Shown here: positions 1 through 7,181 of the stretch, piece after piece | How positions within the stretch are numbered: the first letter of the stretch is position 1 | Layout: each line of letters starts with the position of its first letter | Origin: an uncultured Candidatus Saccharibacteria bacterium | GTDB lineage: Bacteria; Patescibacteriota; Minisyncoccia; Phycocordibacterales; UBA918 | Reading direction: 5' to 3' | DNA length: 37,738 nt | Assembly (NCBI GenBank): GCA_964637855.1 | Contig: CAZWXM010000005.1 | Span: 1 to 37,738, forward strand | Position numbers and translations under genes: made by a program | Notes under the pieces: generated by a model | What the model was told of the DNA's origin: nothing | What the model saw: only the letters and a program-made list of their open reading frames with translations | Database searches by the model: none

Positions 1-153
1 AATCCAGATGATGAAATTTTTGCTAATTATGATTTCATTAGTCAGCGAAAGTCAGTCATTGAAAATTTTGCTGCCAAGCATGGATTACCATTAACTAAAG
101 AAGGGAGGTTACCAGACCAAATAATTGCCGGTCTTAAAGAAAAAATGCTTTAG
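1..153 (+). CDS. 3' end of an upstream gene (partial; hypothetical protein)
   Basis: Frame +1 is open from the window edge to TAG at 151-153 (NPDDEIFANYDF...IIAGLKEKML*). It is missing from the ORF track because no start lies in the window. No recognisable family. Confidence 0.4.
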   Translation, partial: NPDDEIFANYDFISQRKSVIENFAAKHGLPLTKEGRLPDQIIAGLKEKML

Positions 154-184
154 AATAGTTATTTCCCAAGAAAAGGAGTTAAAA

Positions 185-577
185 ATGTACGTTCAAGAAA
201 ATCAAAAAGGTGGTGGTTATCATGTGATGCCAAAACCTAAGGACCCAAATGTTGTGGCTAACAGTAAGTTTCTAGATGAATTTCATGGGATTGATAAAAA
301 GTCCTATAAACATAACCCCGATTGGCGTAATGTCGAGTTAAGTCAGGAGGAGCTGATTATACTGGCTACTTCAACCATAAAGAGCTTCAAAGAGTTTGGG
401 TTACCAAGAATTCCTGGTAACTATACTGAGGTCATGAGGTTAAACCAGCAAACTGCAGATGAGCAATGCAGAATTGCTCAAAATCGAGGCTTACCAATTA
501 TTTTTGGTAAGGTGACACGCGATGTAGTAAATATGGCAAAAGACAGACTAAGTCAGATTGAAAAATTAACGGCTTAA
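185..577 (+). CDS. hypothetical protein (130 aa)
   Basis: ATG at 185 is preceded by GGAG (175-178) with a 6-nt spacer, the only clear SD in the window. The track start (TTG 125) overlaps the previous ORF and has no signal. A terminator follows. No family recognised. Confidence 0.6.
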   Translation: MYVQENQKGGGYHVMPKPKDPNVVANSKFLDEFHGIDKKSYKHNPDWRNVELSQEELIILATSTIKSFKEFGLPRIPGNYTEVMRLNQQTADEQCRIAQNRGLPIIFGKVTRDVVNMAKDRLSQIEKLTA

Positions 578-590
578 ATCCACTTAACCC

Positions 591-620
591 AACCGATATC
601 GAAAGATATCGGTTTTTTAT
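591..620 (+). terminator. Rho-independent terminator
   Basis: AACCGATATC-GAAA-GATATCGGTT perfect 10-bp stem with a GAAA loop, followed by a T-run (613-618), 14 nt after the stop at 577. Confidence 0.75.
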
Positions 621-675
621 ATGTCATAATATTTATAAGGGAAGTGGTTGCAGAGAAATACAGCCTTTACTCTTA

Positions 676-752
676 TGACATATTCTCACACGCTTCGACG
701 TACGCAATTTACAGTAAGCCCTTAAACCGCGCGGACGCTCAAAATATATCAT
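676..752. repeat. copy A of a conserved ~77-nt inverted-repeat-closed intergenic element (candidate structured ncRNA or miniature repeat)
   Basis: Aligns end to end with 3752-3829 at roughly 80% identity. Terminal arms TGACATATT / AATATATCA. Shared core ...CGACGTA.GCAATTTA...TAAGC.CTTAA...CGCGGACGCTCAAAATAT. Confidence 0.55.
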
Positions 753-814
753 TAGAGGACGGGTCTTAAGTGAAAGGTATTGATTTTTAGCTAAATATGT
801 GTTATTATTAAAAT

Positions 815-1993
815 ATGAATGGGGGACAGTCAAAGTTCAATTTGCTACAAAAAATTTCCATGTCTCTCATGGGAGTCTTGGTTTTTATAACTTTTATTGC
901 TTCTAACTTACATGCTGTTTTGTGGCAAAAATCTGATTGGTTGGTTTCTACGGTATTGCCAGCTATTGTGATTGATTTAACTAATGAACAAAGACTTGAT
1001 AATGAAGCTCAGGAATTACATCGCAGCGCAATTCTAGACGCGGCGGCTAAGCTTAAAGCTGAAGATATGGCCAAGAACCAATACTTCGCTCATTTTAGTC
1101 CGACTGGTGTTTCACCTTGGCATTGGTTTGATAAGGCAGGATATGTTTATGCTCACGCGGGAGAGAATCTCGCTATTCATTTTACTGATTCAGATGAAGT
1201 GGTTGAAGCTTGGATGAACTCTCCCACTCATCGGCAAAATATTGTTGATAATAAATATACCGAGATTGGCGTGGCGACAGTCAAAGGAAAATTTGAAGGT
1301 TACGATACAGTCTACGTCGTGCAGTTATTTGGTACACCAGCGATAGCGCCAGTGGCGAGCACTAAGCCAGTAGTGACTGAAAACGTCGCTCAAGCCGAGG
1401 TTAAACCTAGTCTTGCGACTAAAGAAGAAGCGGTCGTAGTTGAAACTGCTAAAGAAGACCTGATTGCTACTGCACCAGTAACGCAAAAGGTGGCGCTAGC
1501 CTCAAAGACCGAAACAACTCCAAAGGCAGATGAAGTGGTCGAGGAAGATAAGACTATAATTGAGACGGAGCCCACGACTGAACCAGTGAAACCTGAAACA
1601 AATGATTTGGTTGTTAATAATGAACCTATTCTAGAAGAAACTGCTGTAAACGAACCAATAGCGGAAGCAGTAGCTAAAGTTAATGATAGCGTTGTGCTTG
1701 AGAGTTCTACTATTACAGATAGCTCTGGTTTAGCTGTGGCCAACATCTTTACTCCTGGGGTAGATAAACTCGAAAGTCCGGTCGCGGCGATTGCTACTCA
1801 ACCAAACAATCTTTTACAAATTATATATTTTGTTCTGGCTTCAGTGGTGATTATACTTTTAAGTATTTCGATTATTGTTGAGGCTAAACATTTACGCTTT
1901 GCTCAAGCTTCATATGGAGCCATTATGTTATTTTTAATGGGCGGTTTATGGTTTTTCCATTCGCTACTGACTAGTGGAGCGGTGATTGTGTAG
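815..1993 (+). CDS. CAP/SCP/PR-1-like (YkwD-type) domain protein, membrane anchored, with an acidic linker and C-terminal TM helices
   Basis: N-terminal TM (MSLMGVLVFITFIASNL). CAP-type motifs: LTNEQR...AAKLKAEDMAKNQYFAHFSP...HAGENLA...VVEAWMNSPTHRQNIVDNKYTEIGV. E/T/P/V-rich linker, then two hydrophobic C-terminal segments. Alternative start ATG 860. Confidence 0.8.
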   Translation: MNGGQSKFNLLQKISMSLMGVLVFITFIASNLHAVLWQKSDWLVSTVLPAIVIDLTNEQRLDNEAQELHRSAILDAAAKLKAEDMAKNQYFAHFSPTGVSPWHWFDKAGYVYAHAGENLAIHFTDSDEVVEAWMNSPTHRQNIVDNKYTEIGVATVKGKFEGYDTVYVVQLFGTPAIAPVASTKPVVTENVAQAEVKPSLATKEEAVVVETAKEDLIATAPVTQKVALASKTETTPKADEVVEEDKTIIETEPTTEPVKPETNDLVVNNEPILEETAVNEPIAEAVAKVNDSVVLESSTITDSSGLAVANIFTPGVDKLESPVAAIATQPNNLLQIIYFVLASVVIILLSISIIVEAKHLRFAQASYGAIMLFLMGGLWFFHSLLTSGAVIV

Positions 1994-2037
1994 GCAACTG
2001 AATTAGTGGCGGCAAGTTTTTCTTGTATAATAGCGGA

Positions 2038-2487
2038 ATGAATGATAAAGCTAGTGCCGTAAAAGTCACGGCAGTCTCTCCTACTGCTATAAATTCAAAA
2101 ACACTAATTAATCTTTATGCTTCACAGCCGGCGGCTGGTTTTCCGGCTCCAGGTGATGATTTGGTAGAAAGAGCGCTAGATTTGAATGATTTATTGGTAG
2201 ATAATCCCTCGGCCACCTTTTTTGTTAGAGTAGCAGGTGATTCAATGGAAGGAGCAAAGATTTTTGATGGTGATATTTTGGTAGTAGACAGAGCAGTTGA
2301 GGCCAAGTCAGGCAGTGTCGTAGTAGCGGCGGTTTATGGCGAGTTAGTAGTTAAACGATTAAAACAAACTCAGTCAGGGTTGGCTTTAGTGTCTGAAAAT
2401 GAACATTATGAACCGATTTTAGTAGAAAATACTGAAGAATGTTTCATTTGGGGGGTGGTAACTGGCTTGGCCAGAGTTATTAAGTAA
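2038..2487 (+). CDS. umuD: UmuD-like S24 peptidase (translesion polymerase accessory subunit / LexA-family autopeptidase)
   Basis: QPAA|GFPAPGDD...LDLNDLLVDNPSATFFVRVAGDSMEG...DGDILVVD...GELVVKRL. The Ala-Gly cleavage site, catalytic Ser (GDSM) and Lys (VKRL) are all present. I prefer ATG 2038 to the track's TTG 2023 because TATAAT at 2026-2031 lies 6 nt upstream. Confidence 0.85.
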   Translation: MNDKASAVKVTAVSPTAINSKTLINLYASQPAAGFPAPGDDLVERALDLNDLLVDNPSATFFVRVAGDSMEGAKIFDGDILVVDRAVEAKSGSVVVAAVYGELVVKRLKQTQSGLALVSENEHYEPILVENTEECFIWGVVTGLARVIK

Positions 2488-2490
2488 GAT

Positions 2491-3717
2491 ATGGCTACTT
2501 TGCACGTCATAGCGAATATGATAGAAACTAAATCAACTAATGTTTTATTAAACTTATATGTAACCTTAATTCTATTAGGGTTCTTTTTTGTACCAGCGGT
2601 GGCTCAAGGAGCAACGGCTGAAGTAGCTGCTTGGCTCCCCTGGTGGTCAGAAAAAGCTGGAATAGTCAGCGCAACTGACAATCTGGACAAATTAGACACC
2701 ATTTACCCTTTTGTGTTTGAGGTAAAAAGCGATGGCTCGTTGGTTAATAAGGTAAGTTTTAATGATAAAGATTGGAAGAATCTTTTTGCTAAAGCTGATG
2801 GTAATAAGGTAGATGTTATTCCGACGATAGCCTGGTTTAATGGCGAGGAGATTCATAAAGTTCTTAGTAATAAAAAAAGTCGGAAAGCTCACGTCGATAA
2901 GATTGTGAAAATGGTAAAGAAGTACCGTTTTGATGGTGTGAATATCGACTATGAGTCAAGAATGAGTGAGACTATGAATGACTACTCGCTTTTCCTAAAA
3001 GAGCTAAATACCGCCTTAGGTAAAAAGGCTTTGACTTGTACTATCGAAGCTCGTACCCCAGCTGATTCCCGTTTTAAGGTGGTGCCAGAGAAGATTGAAT
3101 ATTCTAATGACTATAAAGCTATCAATCAGTATTGTGATGAAGTAGAAATAATGGCTTATGATCAACAACGAGCTGATTTGAAATTAAATGATATTAGAAA
3201 GGGTGTTCCGTATGAGCCAGTGGCGGATGTGGATTGGGTGGAAAAAGTACTCAAATTAACGCTTGAAGATATTGATAACGAGAAAATCATGCTCGGAGTG
3301 CCGACTTATGGTCGAGCTTGGGATGTAACAGTATCAGCCGATTGGTACAGAGATTATAAGTCAGTCGCTTCTCTAAATCAGCCTAGAATTTTGGAATTAG
3401 CCGATAAGTATAAATCTCCAATTGGTCGGACGGCTGGTGGCGAGGCAGTGATGAGTTATTTCCCTGAAGATTCAGTTTGGAAGGTTCTTAATAGTTTACC
3501 GACTCCAGCCGGTACTCCTAAGGGCTATGAAGCAGCCGCCAAGGCCCTACAAGTGGCTACGTACACTAAGACAGACACGGTGGTTAGATTTGTTACTTGG
3601 AGTGACGCTCCGGCCATTGCTGATAAACTAGATTTAGTTAAGAAATATAATCTGAAAGGCACCGCTATCTTCAAAGTTGATGGTGAAGAAGATAAGGCGA
3701 TTTGGAAATTGTTTTAG
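2491..3717 (+). CDS. secreted glycoside hydrolase family 18-like protein (chitinase / peptidoglycan-hydrolase-like)
   Basis: Signal/TM segment (LNLYVTLILLGFFFVPAVAQG). GH18 catalytic strand FDGVNIDYE (DxxDxDxE with the middle D replaced by N, catalytic E kept). Also IMAYDQ and LGVPTYGRAW motifs. The start is 3 nt after the umuD stop. Confidence 0.75.
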   Translation: MATLHVIANMIETKSTNVLLNLYVTLILLGFFFVPAVAQGATAEVAAWLPWWSEKAGIVSATDNLDKLDTIYPFVFEVKSDGSLVNKVSFNDKDWKNLFAKADGNKVDVIPTIAWFNGEEIHKVLSNKKSRKAHVDKIVKMVKKYRFDGVNIDYESRMSETMNDYSLFLKELNTALGKKALTCTIEARTPADSRFKVVPEKIEYSNDYKAINQYCDEVEIMAYDQQRADLKLNDIRKGVPYEPVADVDWVEKVLKLTLEDIDNEKIMLGVPTYGRAWDVTVSADWYRDYKSVASLNQPRILELADKYKSPIGRTAGGEAVMSYFPEDSVWKVLNSLPTPAGTPKGYEAAAKALQVATYTKTDTVVRFVTWSDAPAIADKLDLVKKYNLKGTAIFKVDGEEDKAIWKLF

Positions 3718-3751
3718 TTCTTGAATGGAGATTTAGATATCTATCCCTCAC

Positions 3752-3829
3752 TGACATATTTATCGCACGCTCCGACGTAAGCAATTTATTATAAGCACTT
3801 AACCCTCGCGGACGCTCAAAATATGTCAG
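3752..3829. repeat. copy B of the conserved ~77-nt inverted-repeat-closed element
   Basis: TGACATATTT (3752-3761) pairs perfectly with AAATATGTCA (3819-3828). The core matches copy A. It lies between the convergent GH18 (stop 3717) and NUDIX (stop 3843) genes. Confidence 0.55.
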
Positions 3830-3842
3830 TCGGTGATAAAGC

Positions 3843-4352
3843 TCAAGGTTTAATGTGTTCCAAAAAGTGCGTCTCCAGTTGTTGGTAGACGTGCTTTTTT
3901 CTATCATCAGTAGCAGCAATAGCTTCGGCAAAGGTAACCCATTTAAACTGTGAAGCTTCTTGATCAGTGGCATTACTTAAATCAATTTCACAACCTAATT
4001 TTAATTCTAAAAAGAACCAATGATGAGCTTGTCCGATTCTGGCTACGGTTGAGTCAGTGTCTGAGTTTAGGTCTTGGTAAATGGTCCAACCAGGCACTTC
4101 TGATACTTTAGAAATTTCATTTTTGGTTAGTCCGACTTCCTCTAATAGTTCACGCCATAGCGTAGACTCAACCGCTTCGCCTAAATCAATACCACCTTGT
4201 TGAAACTGCCAAACTCCGATGGGGAATTTAGCTCTTTCAAATAGCGCCACTTCCCCGGCTTGATTGTAAATAACTGTACCAACGCCAGCTCTAAAAAATC
4301 GGGTGTCATTTTCAAACGGTGTGGGTGTATGCATAGGCGCTAAGGATAGCAT
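3843..4352 (-). CDS. NUDIX hydrolase (RppH / (di)nucleoside polyphosphate hydrolase-like)
   Basis: Canonical Nudix box GGIDLGEAVESTLWRELLEEVGL, preceded by WQFQQGG. The TGA stop shows the standard code. Alternative start at Met7 (4334). Confidence 0.85.
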   Translation of the reverse strand: MLSLAPMHTPTPFENDTRFFRAGVGTVIYNQAGEVALFERAKFPIGVWQFQQGGIDLGEAVESTLWRELLEEVGLTKNEISKVSEVPGWTIYQDLNSDTDSTVARIGQAHHWFFLELKLGCEIDLSNATDQEASQFKWVTFAEAIAATDDRKKHVYQQLETHFLEHIKP

Positions 4353-4356
4353 AAGT

Positions 4357-4365
4357 TGATATAAT
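4357..4365 (+). promoter_or_regulatory. extended -10 element (TGATATAAT) placed for a leaderless umuC transcript
   Basis: Perfect TGnTATAAT. The hexamer ends 6 nt before the umuC ATG (4372). The element sits in a 19-bp gap between divergent start codons. Confidence 0.45.
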
Positions 4366-4371
4366 TAAATT

Positions 4372-5625
4372 ATGTCGGAATCTTTAATTGGAGTACTCGA
4401 TTGCAATAATTTTTTTGTGTCTTGCGAAAGGTTGTTTCGGCCTGACTTGGTAGGCAAACCAGTAGTGGTACTTTCTAGTAATGATGGCTGTGTGATTGCT
4501 CGCTCGCAGGAGATAAAGGACATGGGAATTAGCATGGGTGTCCCTTACTTTACGATAAAGGACACGATGGAAAAAGCTGGTGCGACAACGTTTTCTTCGC
4601 ACTTCGCTTTGTATCGTGATATTTCCAGACGAGTATTTGAAGTAATGCGTGAGGAGTTGGAAGTGGTTGAACAATACTCAATTGACGAGGCTTTTTTTAC
4701 GGTGGCAGGGGATTTTGAAGGGGTAGCAAGAAGGGTAAAGCAGGCAGTTGAAACTAAGGTTGGAATCCCAGTTTCGATTGGCATCGCCAAGACTAAGACC
4801 TTAGCTAAGCTAGCGAGTAAAAAGGCTAAAAAAAGTGGGGGAGTTTATCTGCTAAATGATGAAGTTTGGACAGAGTTAATGACCGCCACAAGTTTGGCGG
4901 AAATCTGGGGAGTCGGAGGAGCGCTGGAGCTTAAATATAAGCAACATAACCTTAGAACAGTGGCTGAGTTTATTAATACTGATACGAGTAGAATAACGGC
5001 TTTGTTTGGTAGTTATGGGACTGCTTTACAGCAGGAATTAAAAGGTGTTTCGGTGTTCAAACTAGGTCACAAAATTGAACCAAAACAGAGCCTAGTTTCA
5101 TCTAGATCTTTTCAGAAAACCACTGATAAATTTGAAGTGTTGGCTGATGCAGTGGCTTATCATATGCGTCACGCGGCCGCTGATTTAAGGATGATGCAGC
5201 TAAAAACCGGAGTGGTGCGAGTGTTTATACAGCCTAGTCGTCATGGTGATTTTATTTTAAGAGGCGGCTCCAAGGAATTTATTTTAGATAAGCCCACCAA
5301 TGACTCAATTGAGCTTTTGAATATAGCTAACGAGCTCTTAAAAGCAGTTTATGAGGCCGGCGTTCCTTACAAAAAGGCCGGGGTAACCTTAAACCAGTTT
5401 GTACCTGAAAGTATTAATCAAACCACCCTGTTTGAACCGCTGGAAACCATTAATTCTAAAAATGAATTAATGAAAACGGTTGATTATTTGAATGGTAAAA
5501 AGGGTAAGGAGTTGGTATTGCTGGGTAGTCGATTGTTGAGTGAAAAGTGGCAATCGCGTTCAGCTAAAAATTCACCAGCCTATACGACTCGTTGGTCGGA
5601 CATCGCTAAGGTCCAAGCTAAGTAG
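4372..5625 (+). CDS. umuC: Y-family DNA polymerase, UmuC-like (Pol V catalytic subunit type)
   Basis: The N-terminus LDCNNFFVSCERLFRPDLVGKPVVVLSSNDGCVIARSQE is characteristic of UmuC rather than DinB. Catalytic SIDEAF motif present. 417 aa is a UmuC-like length. Confidence 0.85.
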   Translation: MSESLIGVLDCNNFFVSCERLFRPDLVGKPVVVLSSNDGCVIARSQEIKDMGISMGVPYFTIKDTMEKAGATTFSSHFALYRDISRRVFEVMREELEVVEQYSIDEAFFTVAGDFEGVARRVKQAVETKVGIPVSIGIAKTKTLAKLASKKAKKSGGVYLLNDEVWTELMTATSLAEIWGVGGALELKYKQHNLRTVAEFINTDTSRITALFGSYGTALQQELKGVSVFKLGHKIEPKQSLVSSRSFQKTTDKFEVLADAVAYHMRHAAADLRMMQLKTGVVRVFIQPSRHGDFILRGGSKEFILDKPTNDSIELLNIANELLKAVYEAGVPYKKAGVTLNQFVPESINQTTLFEPLETINSKNELMKTVDYLNGKKGKELVLLGSRLLSEKWQSRSAKNSPAYTTRWSDIAKVQAK

Positions 5626-5971
5626 ATATAATGACTTGTAAATAATTAATAGACATTTGTACTTAAGTCATTTTAAATGACATGTCTAAAAATTATTTAT
5701 GATAGTCATAAAAATATAACTAAAATTAAGGTACAAAGGTCAAGCTGAAAAGGTTATCAACAAGCAATATCGGACAGGTGATTAAAGACTTAGTACAATG
5801 TTGGTAGTTGATTGAAGAGATGAAGTTTAATTTTAAAGGCTGAGATTTTCTCATTTAAAATAAATTAAACATAGATTCATCATTCTCCACAGAAACTTCA
5901 ATCAATCGCTTCAAGATTCTAGTAATAGAAAATAGAAGTATTAGTTATTTAAAAATATAAATATAAAAAAT

Positions 5972-7060
5972 ATGTTCGCAAAACCAACAATTTTAGTTGG
6001 CTCTTTGCAACGAGTGGTCGCGACACTTGTTGCATGTTCTGTAATTGCCGCATCAATTGGGATGTACGCACGCACAGCGCAAGCAGCTAGCCTCACTTTT
6101 ATTAGTGACACATTAAGTACTTCGAATCCTGGTGTAACGTCAGCCCATACATTGGCTTTCACTATTCCAGCCGGTTCAGCTCTAACGAACTCTGACACTG
6201 TAACAATTACATTTCCAGCCGGTTTTACTGGAGTGAACACAGTTGTAACAGGTGACATTAGCGTAACTGCTAGTGGTACGCCAGATGCGCACGCAAACTT
6301 TGCGGCGGGGGCTTCAACTATCTCATTTAACAGTGTTGCAGCAACAGCTGGACAAGAGGTAATCGTCGCGATTGCTAATGGAAAAATTACTAATCCGGGT
6401 TCAATCGGTTCATACCGAATTGGAGTTAATACCGGAGCTACCACTACTGATTCAGGAAACACAGAAGTAGCTGTAGTAGATACAGTACTAGTTACAGCTG
6501 TCGTAGAAACAACCTTTACTTTTATAGTGAACGGTACTGCTACGACTACTTCTGTAAATGGAGATAACTCAACTGGTTCTACCACTGCCACACAAATTCC
6601 GTTCGGTACTCTTACAGCTGGTGTATCTGAGCTATTGGCTCAACAGCTAACTGTAGCTACTAACGCTATTCATGGGTTCTCAGTTACGGTGGAAACAGAC
6701 GGAAATCTACAATCAGCTAACGGAGCGATTATCGATAACTTCGTTGAAGGTAGTGACGTAGCTGTAGCTGGCACACCTTGGGCAGCACCTGTAACAGATA
6801 TTAACGATGCTACAACCTGGGGACACTGGGGTATGACTTCTGACGATACAGACTTAGCTAACGACCTTGACACAGCTGATTCATATATCGCAGCTTCAAC
6901 TACACCACGTGAAATCTTTAGTCATGATGGACCGGCCGATGCTACAACTCAAGATGTTGGAAAGGCAATTGTCGGTTATCAGATTGAAATTTCAGCCCTG
7001 CAAGAAGCGGCTGATGATTATCAAACAACACTAACCTACATTGCTACTCCTACTTTCTAA
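5972..7060 (+). CDS. secreted T/A/V-rich surface protein; N-terminal module shared with the 8725 gene, C-terminal half possibly WxL-like
   Basis: Long signal peptide ending AQA|AS. The module SDTLSTSNPGVTSAHTLAFT...VTITFPAGF parallels KDVLSDSGPLENSNHTLSFQ...FEITPPNGF in the 8725 protein. The C-terminal half (IPFGTL...LTVATNAIHGFSVTVE...DDYQTTLTYIATPTF) resembles the WxL-domain layout, with Y in place of the final W. Preceded by a 346-bp AT-rich region and followed by a strong terminator. Confidence 0.7.
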   Translation: MFAKPTILVGSLQRVVATLVACSVIAASIGMYARTAQAASLTFISDTLSTSNPGVTSAHTLAFTIPAGSALTNSDTVTITFPAGFTGVNTVVTGDISVTASGTPDAHANFAAGASTISFNSVAATAGQEVIVAIANGKITNPGSIGSYRIGVNTGATTTDSGNTEVAVVDTVLVTAVVETTFTFIVNGTATTTSVNGDNSTGSTTATQIPFGTLTAGVSELLAQQLTVATNAIHGFSVTVETDGNLQSANGAIIDNFVEGSDVAVAGTPWAAPVTDINDATTWGHWGMTSDDTDLANDLDTADSYIAASTTPREIFSHDGPADATTQDVGKAIVGYQIEISALQEAADDYQTTLTYIATPTF

Positions 7061-7080
7061 GTTAAGTACGTAGTAAAAAT

Positions 7081-7110
7081 AAAGACCTCTCCTTGGAGAG
7101 GTTTTTATTT
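7081..7110 (+). terminator. Rho-independent terminator
   Basis: CCTCTC-CTTG-GAGAGG stem-loop, extendable by flanking A/T pairs, followed by TTTTTATTTT, about 20 nt after the stop at 7060. Confidence 0.8.
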
Positions 7111-7181
7111 TGTGTAGACAACCTGATTTTAGGTTAATTAAAATGATATTATGTCTAGATTAATAATTTTCTTGTTTAGTT

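Noticed and set aside
125-184. TTG start at 125 for the first full ORF
   Set aside because: It overlaps the end of the upstream ORF (stop at 151-153). ATG 185 has a well-spaced GGAG Shine-Dalgarno.
676-752. A tRNA (or another known small RNA) as the identity of the 77-nt element
   Set aside because: It has the right size and a closing stem, but I could not find a D-arm, a T-loop (GTTCRANNC-like) or an anticodon-arm geometry on either strand. Hammerhead (CUGANGA...GAAA), twister, small SRP (GGAA loop with AGCA) and integron attC (paired RYYYAAC/GTTRRRY) checks also failed by eye. No Rfam scan was possible.
633-833. 66-aa minus-strand ORF, and the 100-aa ORF at 3671-3973, which share the peptide ERPRGL.AY.KL.TS.R
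   Set aside because: The similarity is confined to the 77-nt nucleotide repeat. Most differences are non-synonymous, one end has a 1-nt indel, and 3671-3973 overlaps both the GH18 and NUDIX coding ends. This is better explained by non-coding conservation.
5941-6591. 216-aa minus-strand ORF antisense to the 5972 gene (and similarly 1390-1746, 2115-2306, 4384-4790, 8405-8596, 9159-9512)
   Set aside because: These are fully embedded antisense to better-supported genes with recognisable motifs or signal peptides. The long open antisense frames are expected from the biased T/A/V/G-rich coding composition.
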